From: Puccinia triticina
Lineage: Eukaryota
Length of the DNA stretch: 64,000 bases
NCBI GenBank assembly: GCA_026914245.1
Contig: CP110439.1
Span: 2,108,001 to 2,172,000, forward strand
Direction of reading: 5' to 3'
Position 1 is the stretch's first letter; the number at the start of each line of letters is the position of its first letter. The notes below the pieces were generated by a model. That model saw only the letters and a program-made list of their open reading frames with translations. It was not told where the DNA came from and did no database searches. The translations under genes and the position numbers were made by a program. Positions 10,974 to 22,080 of this stretch are shown here, piece by piece.

Positions 10974-11909
10974 TGTGGTAGACGGAAAAGTGGAAAAATA
11001 AAAAGTTTTTTCTATACCACATAATTACTCATACTAGGCCTCAAGATACCCCCAAATGGACCCCAGAAATGGATTCTACGGCCAATTTCACCCCTAGTCA
11101 CCACTGGAAGCACCCCTGGACCCCTTCTAGTGTGGAAGTTACACCTCATGGACACATATCACACGGCCAGCCCCAGTAACTCAGCTGTCACCTGCCTCAA
11201 CCCAAGTTTCACAGTAGTACACTTATAAATATCACAGGATACAAACATACATCTCCCTGTCAGGCTACACTCATTACATATTAACTACATACACTCCTTT
11301 ATATACATAGTATGACATCATTTACACTGTTTCTGCAGCCTCAGACTTGTGTATACACTAATTCCCCCTGTATGACAGCTCATGCAGTCTACTGTCACCT
11401 CAGGCATGCGTTAGAATGTTCTGTTGTATATTCTGACATCATTCATGCGCCCCTGAGGGGTTATGACATCATTTGTATCTACTCCCACCAGCTAAAATCC
11501 CTCACCCTGTTGTCTAGTTTAGCTGAAACCCTAACCCACAAGCCCCTTTGGGGCTCCACTTTTGTCTATAAAAGGAGCTCTCTCCACCCCCAGTGGTCTG
11601 CTCTCCAGTTTCTCACCGAGAACTCACAAGTCACCCAACACTCATCCACACTCAAATCCTAAAACCCTTATAACAATAAATTAACCCTTATAACAACAAT
11701 TCAACCCTTATAACAAAGTAATTAAAACACTTACACGTTGCCAGTCAAACAGATTTCATCTGGAACAGACCAGACCTATCACTTAATAAAACTTGCCAAG
11801 CTGAGCTTGGTGGGTCTTGTTGACTGATAACAGAAGGGCAGAGCTTGCAACTCCATCATACCCTTCACCATTCAGCAAAAGGGTTTCATTACCACTTTTG
11901 AGTCCTACA
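10974..11909 (+). repeat. 5' LTR of the full-length Gypsy
   Basis: TGTGGTAGAC...CCTACA; TATAAAA near 11567; three ACCCTTATAACAA repeats; AATAAA; matches 22081-23016. Confidence 0.95.
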
Positions 11910-12497
11910 AGGGAGTCCCCAACGTGATCGGATAATCTTGTTTGATCGACAACGTTTCAACCAAAGAAAACCAGAAACCATCGTCTACGGATCTCAACCT
12001 CAAGCGGCGATAGGAATCAAATTCGTCAAACAAATCTATAACACTCAACGGCATATTCAGTTATTCTGTTGACAACTAGTCAACTTTTTGGACTATCTAA
12101 GGAACCAATTACGAACCTCTGAAAAGAACACATAACTACCTAACCTGAAAGGAGTGTTTCGAAGGAAGCGGCTAATTATATACTGGAAGACGGTGTGTAG
12201 TACCTAAGGATCTGGATAATTAGATACTGTTAGAAGAAAACTCTGGAGCCCACTCGAAGGAAGCAGCCAATTATATACTGAACGACGGTGTGTAGTACCT
12301 AAGGATTCAGATAATTAGGATACTGTTTGAAGAACCCTCCCAGGACGGTAAAAGTTATTTTAGATATTAGAAAGAAACCCCCAATTTGCCCTGGTAAAGA
12401 AACCAGAGACCATATATTATTGTTTCTTTTTCAGAGCACAGTAACAGTTAACGAACGATCGTCATATTAAGAAAACTAGGATTCAACAAGAATCAAC

Positions 12498-15020
12498 ATG
12501 AGTTTACCCTTCAGTACATTAGAAATGGGAGAAGGATTTGCTTCAAGTACCCCTTTAAGGAGCAGACCATTGGCAGGAACTTCAGGATTACTTTGGCCAA
12601 GCGATGCCACGAACAATCCACCACCACCACCTAGGAAAGACAAAGGAAAGGGTCCAGAAAATCACTTCAGAGATCCTGCTGAAGAAGAAATGTCAGATTC
12701 AGATGAAACTCAAAATAACCCACCGAGAAGTAATACCCCAAGACAACAACCGACAGGTTACGGGATTCATAACACTGAAAACAACCAAGAAAATATGTAT
12801 CATCCTCATTTTCAACAACAACAACAACAACCTCAAATTCCAGTTCAGCAACCTCAGCCAATATACGTTTATTCCCAACCTGAGCACTCGAACAAACCTA
12901 ACATCATCAGGAACGAAGAAGGGCTTTACTATGATGGGAGTCAGTTCATGAAGTTTCTACATCGGTTTGAACGGGTAGCCTATGGGTATGGTGCCACGGA
13001 TCGTGAGAAAGCAATTCAGATACCACGGTTTATACGAACAGAAGAACTGAAGTGTGAACTTGAGGAAATGGAGGGGTATGAAGAATACGACTGGACCAAA
13101 CTGCGAGCTGACATGGTCAAAACCTGGGGCGAGTTAGATAACACCATTATGTACACCACAGAAGACCTCATAAAACTGGCCAAGCAGCAATCAAAGTCAG
13201 GAATCTCAACCCATCGAGAATACAAAGAATATCTTGGAAAATTCACCAAAATCCTCAAGTACCTAGTCAAAAACGAACATGTTAGCAAGAAAGACGAAGC
13301 TGGGGGACTGTTCTTAAGTGCCTTCCCAATGGAAAGTCAAAGAAGTGTTAAACGCATTCTAGTTAGCAAGGATCAGCTTCCAAAAGCTAAGGATGGCAGT
13401 AACAAAGCACCAAAATGGGAAGACTTGATAGCGGCTGCGGAAACAGAAGTTCGTGTGGACGATAGCGTATATACCAATTTCTCAAGTTTCTCTGAGTCAA
13501 ACCGGACGATGCAGAAAGAATTGGACCACAAGAAAGGGGACGGCAAACGACGCGAGCAGATGCTGAAAGAAACTCCAAATGAAAAAATAGTGGACCAAAA
13601 GTTTCAGGACATGCAACAAGAAATAGCTGCACTCAAAAACCAGGTTCGAAGCAGCTTACCCACAAACTATAATAAGCAAGGTCCCTCAGACAAACAGGAC
13701 TTTTATCGGGGTAACACTCGACCATCCACCCCGGTGTACGACACTCTGGTCTGTTATTATTGCAAACGTGAAGGGCACTCCACAGCCAGATGTCCAGAAT
13801 ATCTCAAAGATGAGGAACAAGGGCTGGTCAAGCGAAATGGGAAGGATTGGTTCCTACCAGACGGTCAGCACATACCTTGGATACCCTCCAGACCAATACG
13901 CTCCGTAGTGGCTGGTGCATCAGCAGAACCTAACATGCAAGAAGCTATACAAAGATTAGCAAAATCCCAACAAGAAGGAAATGGTAACACCCCAACAATG
14001 AAAGCCTCAGTACAAACCATCCATTGGAGCCCACCTACTCTAGGCGCTGAGAATTTCATAAAAGCCCATCCTATCACTAGGTCAGAAGCTCAGAAGGGTA
14101 GACGTGGGGTCAGGATCCAAGAACCGGAGCGGGAAGCCATGGATATTGATCATGAAGAGGAGGAATTGGATAACACTCCAAAGGACACTCCGAAAAAGAC
14201 ACCTGAGAAATTTTGGAGCCGGGAGCGGGTACCGACAATCCTGAAAAAGGACTCACCTGAGGAAGCACTACTACAGGACTTGGATAACGTGAAAATCCCT
14301 ACCACCTTTGCACAGCTAACGGCAATATCCCCCTCGTACGCAGAGAAAGTCATAGCCAGGTTGCAGGAACGCCTTCCCGGAAAAAGCACTTCTACAACTT
14401 ATATTAAGACAGAGGCAACTAACATAGCAGCACCAATGACCATACCTGCGGAAGATGAAGATCTCTCAGATCCCTGCTACTACAGTTGTGCCCTGGGATA
14501 TGTAACTGCAGAAGTTGGGGGAGAAAAAGTAGACTTCATGGTGGATTCAGGATCCATGGTCAATGTCATTCCTCGATCGGTAGCGGAAGATTTAGCGCTG
14601 GAATCAGTAATAGTGAACATACCAATGCAAGGTGTGGGTGGAGCAAGATGTGACATAACAGGAGTAGTGGAAAACTGTTCAATACAAATTGGTCGATTCT
14701 CCGGGCCAGCACATCTTTTCATATCGCCAAAGGCTCAAGATTGCATTCTAGGACGACCTTTCCTCTTTGACCATGGATGTACCTTGGAATACCATGAAAC
14801 AGGAGAAACACTCACTTTCCAGGGAAGCAAAGGAAGACGAATTTCAGTACCATTGGCACGAACTGGGCAAGGAAGAGGCTGGGATAATCGAAAGAACCTT
14901 AGTACAAATGTCATCAGGCCTGCTCCTCCATCGGATCCGCTCCAAGAGGAAGGCGAAGAACATCGCATGTTCAAAAAGAAATCAACTCAGCATTTTTTAG
15001 AACTTCCGGTGGCCATCTAG
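12498..15020 (+). CDS. gag: Gag-protease polyprotein (840 aa)
   Basis: Gag-like region (FLHRFERVA...), CCHC knuckle CYYCKREGHSTARC, and aspartic protease VDFMVDSGSMVNVI...ILGRPFL in the same ORF. Confidence 0.92.
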   Translation: MSLPFSTLEMGEGFASSTPLRSRPLAGTSGLLWPSDATNNPPPPPRKDKGKGPENHFRDPAEEEMSDSDETQNNPPRSNTPRQQPTGYGIHNTENNQENMYHPHFQQQQQQPQIPVQQPQPIYVYSQPEHSNKPNIIRNEEGLYYDGSQFMKFLHRFERVAYGYGATDREKAIQIPRFIRTEELKCELEEMEGYEEYDWTKLRADMVKTWGELDNTIMYTTEDLIKLAKQQSKSGISTHREYKEYLGKFTKILKYLVKNEHVSKKDEAGGLFLSAFPMESQRSVKRILVSKDQLPKAKDGSNKAPKWEDLIAAAETEVRVDDSVYTNFSSFSESNRTMQKELDHKKGDGKRREQMLKETPNEKIVDQKFQDMQQEIAALKNQVRSSLPTNYNKQGPSDKQDFYRGNTRPSTPVYDTLVCYYCKREGHSTARCPEYLKDEEQGLVKRNGKDWFLPDGQHIPWIPSRPIRSVVAGASAEPNMQEAIQRLAKSQQEGNGNTPTMKASVQTIHWSPPTLGAENFIKAHPITRSEAQKGRRGVRIQEPEREAMDIDHEEEELDNTPKDTPKKTPEKFWSRERVPTILKKDSPEEALLQDLDNVKIPTTFAQLTAISPSYAEKVIARLQERLPGKSTSTTYIKTEATNIAAPMTIPAEDEDLSDPCYYSCALGYVTAEVGGEKVDFMVDSGSMVNVIPRSVAEDLALESVIVNIPMQGVGGARCDITGVVENCSIQIGRFSGPAHLFISPKAQDCILGRPFLFDHGCTLEYHETGETLTFQGSKGRRISVPLARTGQGRGWDNRKNLSTNVIRPAPPSDPLQEEGEEHRMFKKKSTQHFLELPVAI

Positions 15021-15048
15021 GGAGTAGCTCGCTTCAGCTAGTCAAGCG
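14993..15048 (+). promoter_or_regulatory. Putative -1 programmed ribosomal frameshift signal (T TTT TTA plus downstream structure)
   Basis: The heptamer at 14993-14999 is phased to the gag frame. The -1 frame is open from there into the pol ATG at 15053. Downstream pairings TAGCT/AGCTA and CGCTT/AAGCG. Confidence 0.7.
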
Positions 15049-15052
15049 TGTT

Positions 15053-18000
15053 ATGTCTCGGACACCGGTTTTCTTAGACTGGCTCAGATCTGTTTTTGTA
15101 AAATACTTTCAAAAGACATCAAGACAAACAGCCGTTTTACTGTTTAAACTCTTTTCAGTCAAAAAGAACATCCTTATTATGTTTTTTAAACTGTTAAAAT
15201 TCTGCAGTGCCATGAAGAAAGGCTTACCGTTAAAATCCATTCCCAAAGGCACATCTGATTCTAAACCAGGTCTTTCCATCAACACCACAAGGATAAACCA
15301 ACCGGATAAGGACCGGCAGCAAATAGGAAAGTTACTCTCCAACGGGCTGGGATCACTGTTTCAGGAGAAATTATGTCAAAGCTGGAAGGAGGGGAGTTTA
15401 TGGTGCATGACAAAGTACAAACCTGTGGCCAAGAAAGTTCGACCTATCAATCAACCTATTCCGCAGGCTTTGAATCCCCCACTGCAAAGACCTCCACTTA
15501 CTCGAGACCCCTACAAAACACCACTTACTCCAAATCCACCTGATTTCGAGCCTACAGCCAGGATTACTGAAGAGCGCCTGAAGGTAGTTAACTTTGGACC
15601 AGAAGGATGGCTTTGGGAGGAAGAACTAAAACTCTTCAAGCACGTGATTGTAATGCGAGAAAAAGCGGTGGCGTTCACTCCAGAGGAAAGAGGACTCCTG
15701 AAGCATTCGTACGGACTACCTTATGTCATACCCGTAGTTGACCACGTACCATGGCAAAAGAAGCCTATACCCATCCCAGCAGCAATCAAGGATGAATACG
15801 TGGAGCAAGTAAGGGAAAGGATAAGAAATAAACTTTACGAACAATCCACATCCAGTTACTCCAGTCCAGTTTTCTGCGTGCTAAAACATGATGGGAAGCT
15901 GAGGATAGTTCATGATCTACAAGAAATGAATAAGGTCACCATCAAGGACGCAGGATTGCCGCCAGCAACGGAAGAATTTGTGGAATCATTTGCTGGACGT
16001 GCTTGCTATGGACTAGGCGATATTATGGGGGGTTATGATGAAAGGGAATTAGCTCCAGAATCGAGACCTCTGACCACCTTTGATACTCCCCTGGGGAGAT
16101 TCCAACTTACCAGACTTCCCCAAGGAGCCACCAATTCTGTAGCAGTATATCAGGCGCAAATGATGTGGATCCTCCAGGATGAAATACCTGATCATGTGGG
16201 TGTGTTCATTGACGACGGAGGGATCAAAGGGCCCAAGTCCACATACAACGAGGAGGTACTTGAAGAAAACCCAGGGATTCGACGTTTCATCTGGGAATAC
16301 GCTCAGATACTGGAAAGGATTTTATTTCGAATTGAAGAAGCTGGACTCACAATATCGGGAAAGAAGTTTGCCTGCTGTGTGCCTGCCTTGGATATTGTTG
16401 GACATGTAGTCTGTAAAGAAGGGCGACGGGTTTCTATACAGAAAAAGAATAAGATAATCACTTGGCCAACTCCCAACAATGTCACAGAACTTCGAGGCTT
16501 CATGGGAATAGTAACTTACGTCAGGATATTTGTGAAAAATCTGTCAGAAATTGCAGCCCCTCTTCGAAAGCTCACACGGAAGGATGAGGAATGGATCTGG
16601 GACAACAATTGTGATTTGGCCTTCAACCAACTGAAGGAAATTATTGGAGAGGATATTACGCTGAAGAGACTGGACTATTCAAAAGAGGCGGGGCTCATTA
16701 TTTTGGCCGTAGACTCTAGTTTTATTGCAGCAGGGGCGGTACTTTCACAACAGGAATTGGAAACAGGATTAAACCGACCAGTGTTATATGAATCAATTGT
16801 GTTTTCACCCGTCGAGTCAAAATACTCTCAACCAAAACTAGAACTTTGCGGGGTTGCAAGAATTCTGAAGAAGCTGCAGACACTTCTGTGGGGCCAACAC
16901 TTCGAGCTACAGGTGGATGCGCAATCGTTGATACAGATGATTAACTCACCATCTCTCCCAAATGCACCAATGACAAGATGGGTAGCGTTCATTCAGCTGT
17001 TTTCATTTGACATGGTACATAAGCCTGGGAAAACCTTCACACTGCCGGATGCTCTGTCCAGGCGGCCCATAAGTGAAGAAGAAGAGGAGTTTTACGAGGA
17101 CGCAGAGGATTTTGATGAGGAGGCACCATTAATTAAAGCCTGCCTACAATTTAAAATAATGTCAACTTCGACGGAACTACTGGAATGGGAAACACCAGGA
17201 TTCTGGACAGACCTCAAATATTATCTGCAAACATTGAAGCAACCTTGTTCCATGGACTCGGATGAATTCCAAAAAGTGAAAAGGAAGTCTGTCAATTATT
17301 TCATCCGAGACGGACGGCTTATGAGAAGGCACTCACCCATGCCACAACTAGTTATCTCCAAAATAGCTTACCAAAGTAAATTATTGCGAATGGTGCATGA
17401 AGAGCTTGGACACCGGGGGCTTGAGGAAACATATCAGCGACTAGTGTGCCGGTTCTGGTGGCCTAGTTTGAAGAAAAAGGTCAAATTATGGGTACAAAGC
17501 TGTGAGCCTTGTCAAAAGAGGGATCCACTAGTCCCACGAGAAATACGACACCCCACAGGGGAAAGCAGCTTATTTGGACGAGTGGCCCTGGACGTCTGTC
17601 ATATTAAAGCAGGAAGATACAAATACTTGCTAGTGGCTCGTGACGACTTGTCTGGCTGGGTTGAAGCAGCTCCCTTGGTAAAACTGACAGCAGCAACCAT
17701 TGGGAAATTTCTCTTGGAAGAATGGGTCTACCGCTACGGTGCAATTAAAACGGTAACTGCAGACAATGGGCCTGAATTCAAGAATGAATTTATCAAAGCA
17801 GTGGAAAAAGTGGGAGCAGTATTCAAGCCACCTACCCCTTATTATCCGGAAGCAAATGGAATGATTGAGCGAGGTCACAGACCCATTAAAGACACCTTAA
17901 TCAAAATGTGCGGCGAATCTGGGGGAAAGTGGAGAGAATATCTACCTTTAGTCCTCTTTGCGGACAGAATTTCAACCAAGCGCACAACTGGATACTCACC

Positions 18001-18550
18001 TTACGAGCTGGTGTTCGGCCAGAAAGCGGTTCTCCCTGTGGACCTAGAAATGGACACTTATCTGGGAATTGACTGGACGGAAATACACACTACAGAAGAA
18101 CTTCTGGAAGCTAGGACCATGCAATTGGAGCGCAGAGAGGAAATTCTGGGGATAGCTCATAAGAAATTAATGAAAGCCAGGAATTCTTCGGTCAGATACT
18201 GGGACAGAAAAATGGCAGCAAGACTTCGAAACCCTTTGGACCCAGGCGAATTGGTGTTAGTTTATAATAAAAGCTTGGAAGATCAGTGGGGAAAGCTTTT
18301 CGCAAATCGTTGGAACGGACCTTTTAGGATTAGGAAGCAGCTACCCAAGGGATCTTACATTCTGGAAGAACTGGATGGGGTTGAATTGAAAAGAGCCTAC
18401 GCAGCTTCCCATATTAAGCGGTTCTACCCTCGAGGACGCAACCTGACGGATATACAGCTTGAGGAGGATCCTTCCCAACCAGAAAACTCAGAGGAGGTGG
18501 AAATATCAAGCAATTCTTCAGAAGACAGCTCATCTAACTGGACTGACTAA
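15053..18550 (+). CDS. pol: Pol (RT-RNase H-integrase, 1165 aa), no chromodomain evident
   Basis: LPQGATNS and FIDD (RT); AVDSS and DALSR (RNase H); H..GHRG..C..CQ zinc finger, DNGPEF, NGMIER and GPF motif (integrase). Confidence 0.95.
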   Translation: MSRTPVFLDWLRSVFVKYFQKTSRQTAVLLFKLFSVKKNILIMFFKLLKFCSAMKKGLPLKSIPKGTSDSKPGLSINTTRINQPDKDRQQIGKLLSNGLGSLFQEKLCQSWKEGSLWCMTKYKPVAKKVRPINQPIPQALNPPLQRPPLTRDPYKTPLTPNPPDFEPTARITEERLKVVNFGPEGWLWEEELKLFKHVIVMREKAVAFTPEERGLLKHSYGLPYVIPVVDHVPWQKKPIPIPAAIKDEYVEQVRERIRNKLYEQSTSSYSSPVFCVLKHDGKLRIVHDLQEMNKVTIKDAGLPPATEEFVESFAGRACYGLGDIMGGYDERELAPESRPLTTFDTPLGRFQLTRLPQGATNSVAVYQAQMMWILQDEIPDHVGVFIDDGGIKGPKSTYNEEVLEENPGIRRFIWEYAQILERILFRIEEAGLTISGKKFACCVPALDIVGHVVCKEGRRVSIQKKNKIITWPTPNNVTELRGFMGIVTYVRIFVKNLSEIAAPLRKLTRKDEEWIWDNNCDLAFNQLKEIIGEDITLKRLDYSKEAGLIILAVDSSFIAAGAVLSQQELETGLNRPVLYESIVFSPVESKYSQPKLELCGVARILKKLQTLLWGQHFELQVDAQSLIQMINSPSLPNAPMTRWVAFIQLFSFDMVHKPGKTFTLPDALSRRPISEEEEEFYEDAEDFDEEAPLIKACLQFKIMSTSTELLEWETPGFWTDLKYYLQTLKQPCSMDSDEFQKVKRKSVNYFIRDGRLMRRHSPMPQLVISKIAYQSKLLRMVHEELGHRGLEETYQRLVCRFWWPSLKKKVKLWVQSCEPCQKRDPLVPREIRHPTGESSLFGRVALDVCHIKAGRYKYLLVARDDLSGWVEAAPLVKLTAATIGKFLLEEWVYRYGAIKTVTADNGPEFKNEFIKAVEKVGAVFKPPTPYYPEANGMIERGHRPIKDTLIKMCGESGGKWREYLPLVLFADRISTKRTTGYSPYELVFGQKAVLPVDLEMDTYLGIDWTEIHTTEELLEARTMQLERREEILGIAHKKLMKARNSSVRYWDRKMAARLRNPLDPGELVLVYNKSLEDQWGKLFANRWNGPFRIRKQLPKGSYILEELDGVELKRAYAASHIKRFYPRGRNLTDIQLEEDPSQPENSEEVEISSNSSEDSSSNWTD

Positions 18551-19112
18551 ATCAACCTCCTGGGCATGAGGTTAAACTGTTCAAAACTTTAAGAGCATAA
18601 TTTTTTTTAAGTTGGGGGAGGAAAGAACTCACTCCTTTAAACTCTTTCTGAAGCTCACAATTCTGGAAACATCAGACTCTCTGTTGGGAAGACACTCTTT
18701 GAAGGATCACACTCTTTTCAACAAGATTCAGTTTCTTGTTTAAACTGGACATAATTTTTACAAAGGCAAAAATGACCACAAAAAGAAAAAAATTTCTTTA
18801 ATAGATTAAATACTTACTTTTTCTCTCACATATATAATTTTTTAATTGGCTCTTCTGTTCTCTCACTATAGGTTGGGGACAACCTCTATAAGTTGGGGGA
18901 GGGGGTCTGGGGGTTTAATTTCACGAAGAAGAGAAGAAAACATTTTTTTGGTTTTTTTTTACAAATTATGTCGATTTTTTTTGGTTTTTATGTTTTTACC
19001 CCAAACGGACTGTGACAACAGACTCTACAACAAAGAAAGACAAGAAACTTTAGTATAAATAAGTACATAAGAAGAAAAAGAACGAAAGAAGGAATTAGCT
19101 TACTGTAGTAGT

Positions 19113-20700
19113 TTACGCATCCCGAACAACCTGGCGTATGGAAGAGCGGTACTCCTCCGAGACTGCTTGGAACACGTGGATTCGCTGAATACGACCTCCC
19201 TCGTTCTCGGTCGGGGTGCGTTGACAGTAGGAAATGAAAACTCGGGCAAAAGTCTGATACAACCGAGTATAAGCTTCCGGGTCGAGGCCGGGAAGCGGAG
19301 CAGTTTGAGTCGGAACCGGTTGCTGGCGTGGCTCCAGGAGAACCTGAACCTGGGTGTCACTCAAGAATGGGAGATCGCCATGGGGAAAGAAAGGAGTATG
19401 GGCGGGACCGGAAGCCTGAGAGGCGTTTTCGGAATCCGTTATGCCTTCCGCATCGGCATCGGAACCGAGCATGGGCGGGCGATATAAAGCCTCGACCTCT
19501 GGCAACGTGGGTCGGAACATCCACCCGGGAAGAGTCGACCAAGTAGAATCCCACTCGGGAGTTGGAGGGACCTGACCATAAGCTTTATTAGCAACAAGAA
19601 GAACCTTAATACAAAACAAAGGAAAAGAGACTTACCCCACCCGACCACTCGAAGAGTTGGTCCAACTCGTCTTCGGTCTCACCAACCTGGGATTGATCGG
19701 CGTCTGAGCCACCAGAACGATCGGAGCGTCTTTCTGACGCAACAGACCCAACAGATGAGCTACGGCAGCTCGTAGCCGGGGTCGTAAGCGGGGAAGGCGA
19801 CGGGGGGCAGGAGGGACAAGCCAGTCGTCACCAATAAGGACCCGATTGGACTGTAACATCTATAGACATTGACTTAGTACAGACCAAAAAGCACAACAAC
19901 ACGATAACAGAAGAAAACTTACCGGGTCCTCGCGAGGCTCAGTACCTGGGGAATAAACCGGGGAGTCGGTTCCAGGTCTCCAGCCCGGGCTGCGACCGCG
20001 GTAGGTGGGCGAAGGGAATAGGGCACGCGAACCCGCAGCCGGGGACTGAAGGCGCGGGTGGAGTCCCACCAAACCAGGTGGAACCCGCGACGGGTCAGGC
20101 GACGGGGTGCGAGGCACGTCCGGGGTGTTTGGACGACCACCCGGGGAAAGAAGCTAGACAAGATTGGATCGTTAGTAATAGGCACGATACGATACCGATA
20201 AATGTTTGTTGTATTGGTTGAAGAACGGTACATACCTCTGCTACTTGAGCGACAGCACGTTCATCAAGAATGAACGGTCGATCGTCTTGGGCCACCCGAT
20301 CCTCTGCGGCTTGATCAAGGCGGGGTTGAGGTCGGTTGGATCGGCGGTATGCGTCCATCCTTTGTCGGGACCACTGAAACCAGCCCGGTGTTAACGCTTC
20401 AGCTCGGTATAACGGCCCATCCATGATCAGGATGGGATTATGTATGGAAGAGCCCGGCTAAGTAACAACAAAAAAGGGAACGTTCGGGTTAGTGGTATCA
20501 GGAACAACGAGTGACAGACAGGAAAGAAGACTTACACGAGCTGGAGCCTCTGCGGAAGCTCCTCGGTTCCGTAAAGGATAAGGAGAGGAGGAGAAGTAGG
20601 TTCGATAATGAGCACGACGAGGCATAGTCTTTCGTGGTCTAAGTAAAGCAAGCCTTGAAACAAGTCAAAAAAAAAGGGGGAAGCAAAGATAAGTGTACTG
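19113..20700 (-). CDS. Antisense multi-exon gene of unknown function inside the Gypsy 3' region
   Basis: Minus-strand ORF pieces 20424-20236, ~20154-19923, 19860-19637 and ~19604-19113 are bounded by GTATGT/GTAAGT donors and YAG acceptors. Further donor/acceptor sites lie at ~20536 and ~20640. The start is uncertain. Confidence 0.55.
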
Positions 20701-21029
20701 GACGAGTAAGAGTGAGGAAGTGGTTGAGGACAGGAAAACCAGGAGAGGGGGAGCTCTTTTATACTCGACCGGGGGGGTTCAGCGGGCACTCACCGGCTTA
20801 TATGTACTACCCTCTGAGCAACTCCCTGACCTGCCAACAGAACTGGTCTACTAACCATTTCGAGTCGACAGCGTCGTTCGATGCAAACCGTCACGAAGCC
20901 AGATAGAACCGAAGCCGAGAAATGGGGCCCACGGCTGGACTCGGCATCAAACACGTACACATACGGGCCCACGAAGAGATGACGACAAAGAAGAGAGAAA
21001 ATGAGCGGTTCGTCAGTTTCGCCGTCTTA

Positions 21030-21730
21030 GTACCGGTCAAAGGAAAGAAGAAAGAAACAGGTACGCACCGGTGGGAGGTATGGACTACTGAGTTCGGCGA
21101 GTGAGGCTGCTGGCGGCAGTGGTACGAGGAGAGCTGTCAAATAAGATCTGGCTGTCAGCTGTCGGATTTTGGATCCACAAATGAAGCTTTCGGTTTTTTT
21201 TTCCTTCTTCTTGACGGAAACCAAGAAGAACGGTCAGAATAAGAAAAGAGAAACACCCACCTCATATGACGAAAGTGGTCCGAGGTCAAGAGAACCAACT
21301 TGAGGAAACTGAGTCGGCCAGCGGCGCCGGTGACGTAGTCGAAGGAGCCGGAAGATCGGCGAAGTTGAATCGAGGCTGGTTGCTGGTAGAGGCCGAGATG
21401 TAGAGGATATATCGATACCCCCTAAGGGGTAGGGCCGATATACATACACATACCCCGTGGCGGGGTGAGAGTAAACACTCGAGACCCGAACGCGAGGTTG
21501 GACGTTCGCAGCACCGCAGTCCTCTTGTCGGATTACGCGTAATCCGACAAGACAACTGCGGCGCATTGGATGAACTCCCGCGGGACCCTAATAACTTCGG
21601 GCGGGTACGATCAGCACTGTGTACCCGGGCCCCAAGCCCGACCAACCAATCATCAGGAGGCGGGGTCGAGTCCCCGATCACTACTCGTACACCGAGGCGC
21701 GCGGCTTCAATAGCGCGCACCCTAAGGCGC
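21030..21730 (-). CDS. Possible second antisense spliced ORF inside the Gypsy
   Basis: GC-rich 144-aa and 110-aa minus-strand ORFs with a GTGGGT donor near 21260 and T-rich intron-like tracts; no recognisable domain. Confidence 0.3.
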
Positions 21731-22080
21731 TAGAGCAATAGCTGCGGCCGTCACCACAGCACAAGCATCACCCCTGCGCAGCTGCGCAACTGCGCAACTG
21801 CGGACTGCGGACTGCGGACTGCGCGCAGCACTTCGACTCCCAGAACCAACAAAAACTTCGTGTTAAGAAAAACCCCAAAATTGACAAAAATCAAAATTGT
21901 GGCCAGTTTTCACCCTGCGCAGCCTCTCAAGCCACGTGGCCCAGAAGACGTAAAAATGGCCAACTCTCCAAGGATCCTGCACATCACCACCTAAATTTAC
22001 CATGTCACAGGTTCAAAAGTTGACAGAAAGCACTTTTCACGGCAAAATTGTCTGGGGACAGACAATAAGTTGGGGGAGGA

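Noticed and set aside
11312..11662. 116-aa ORF repeated at 22419 and 36427
   Set aside because: It lies within the LTR; the repetition reflects LTR identity, and there are no protein features.
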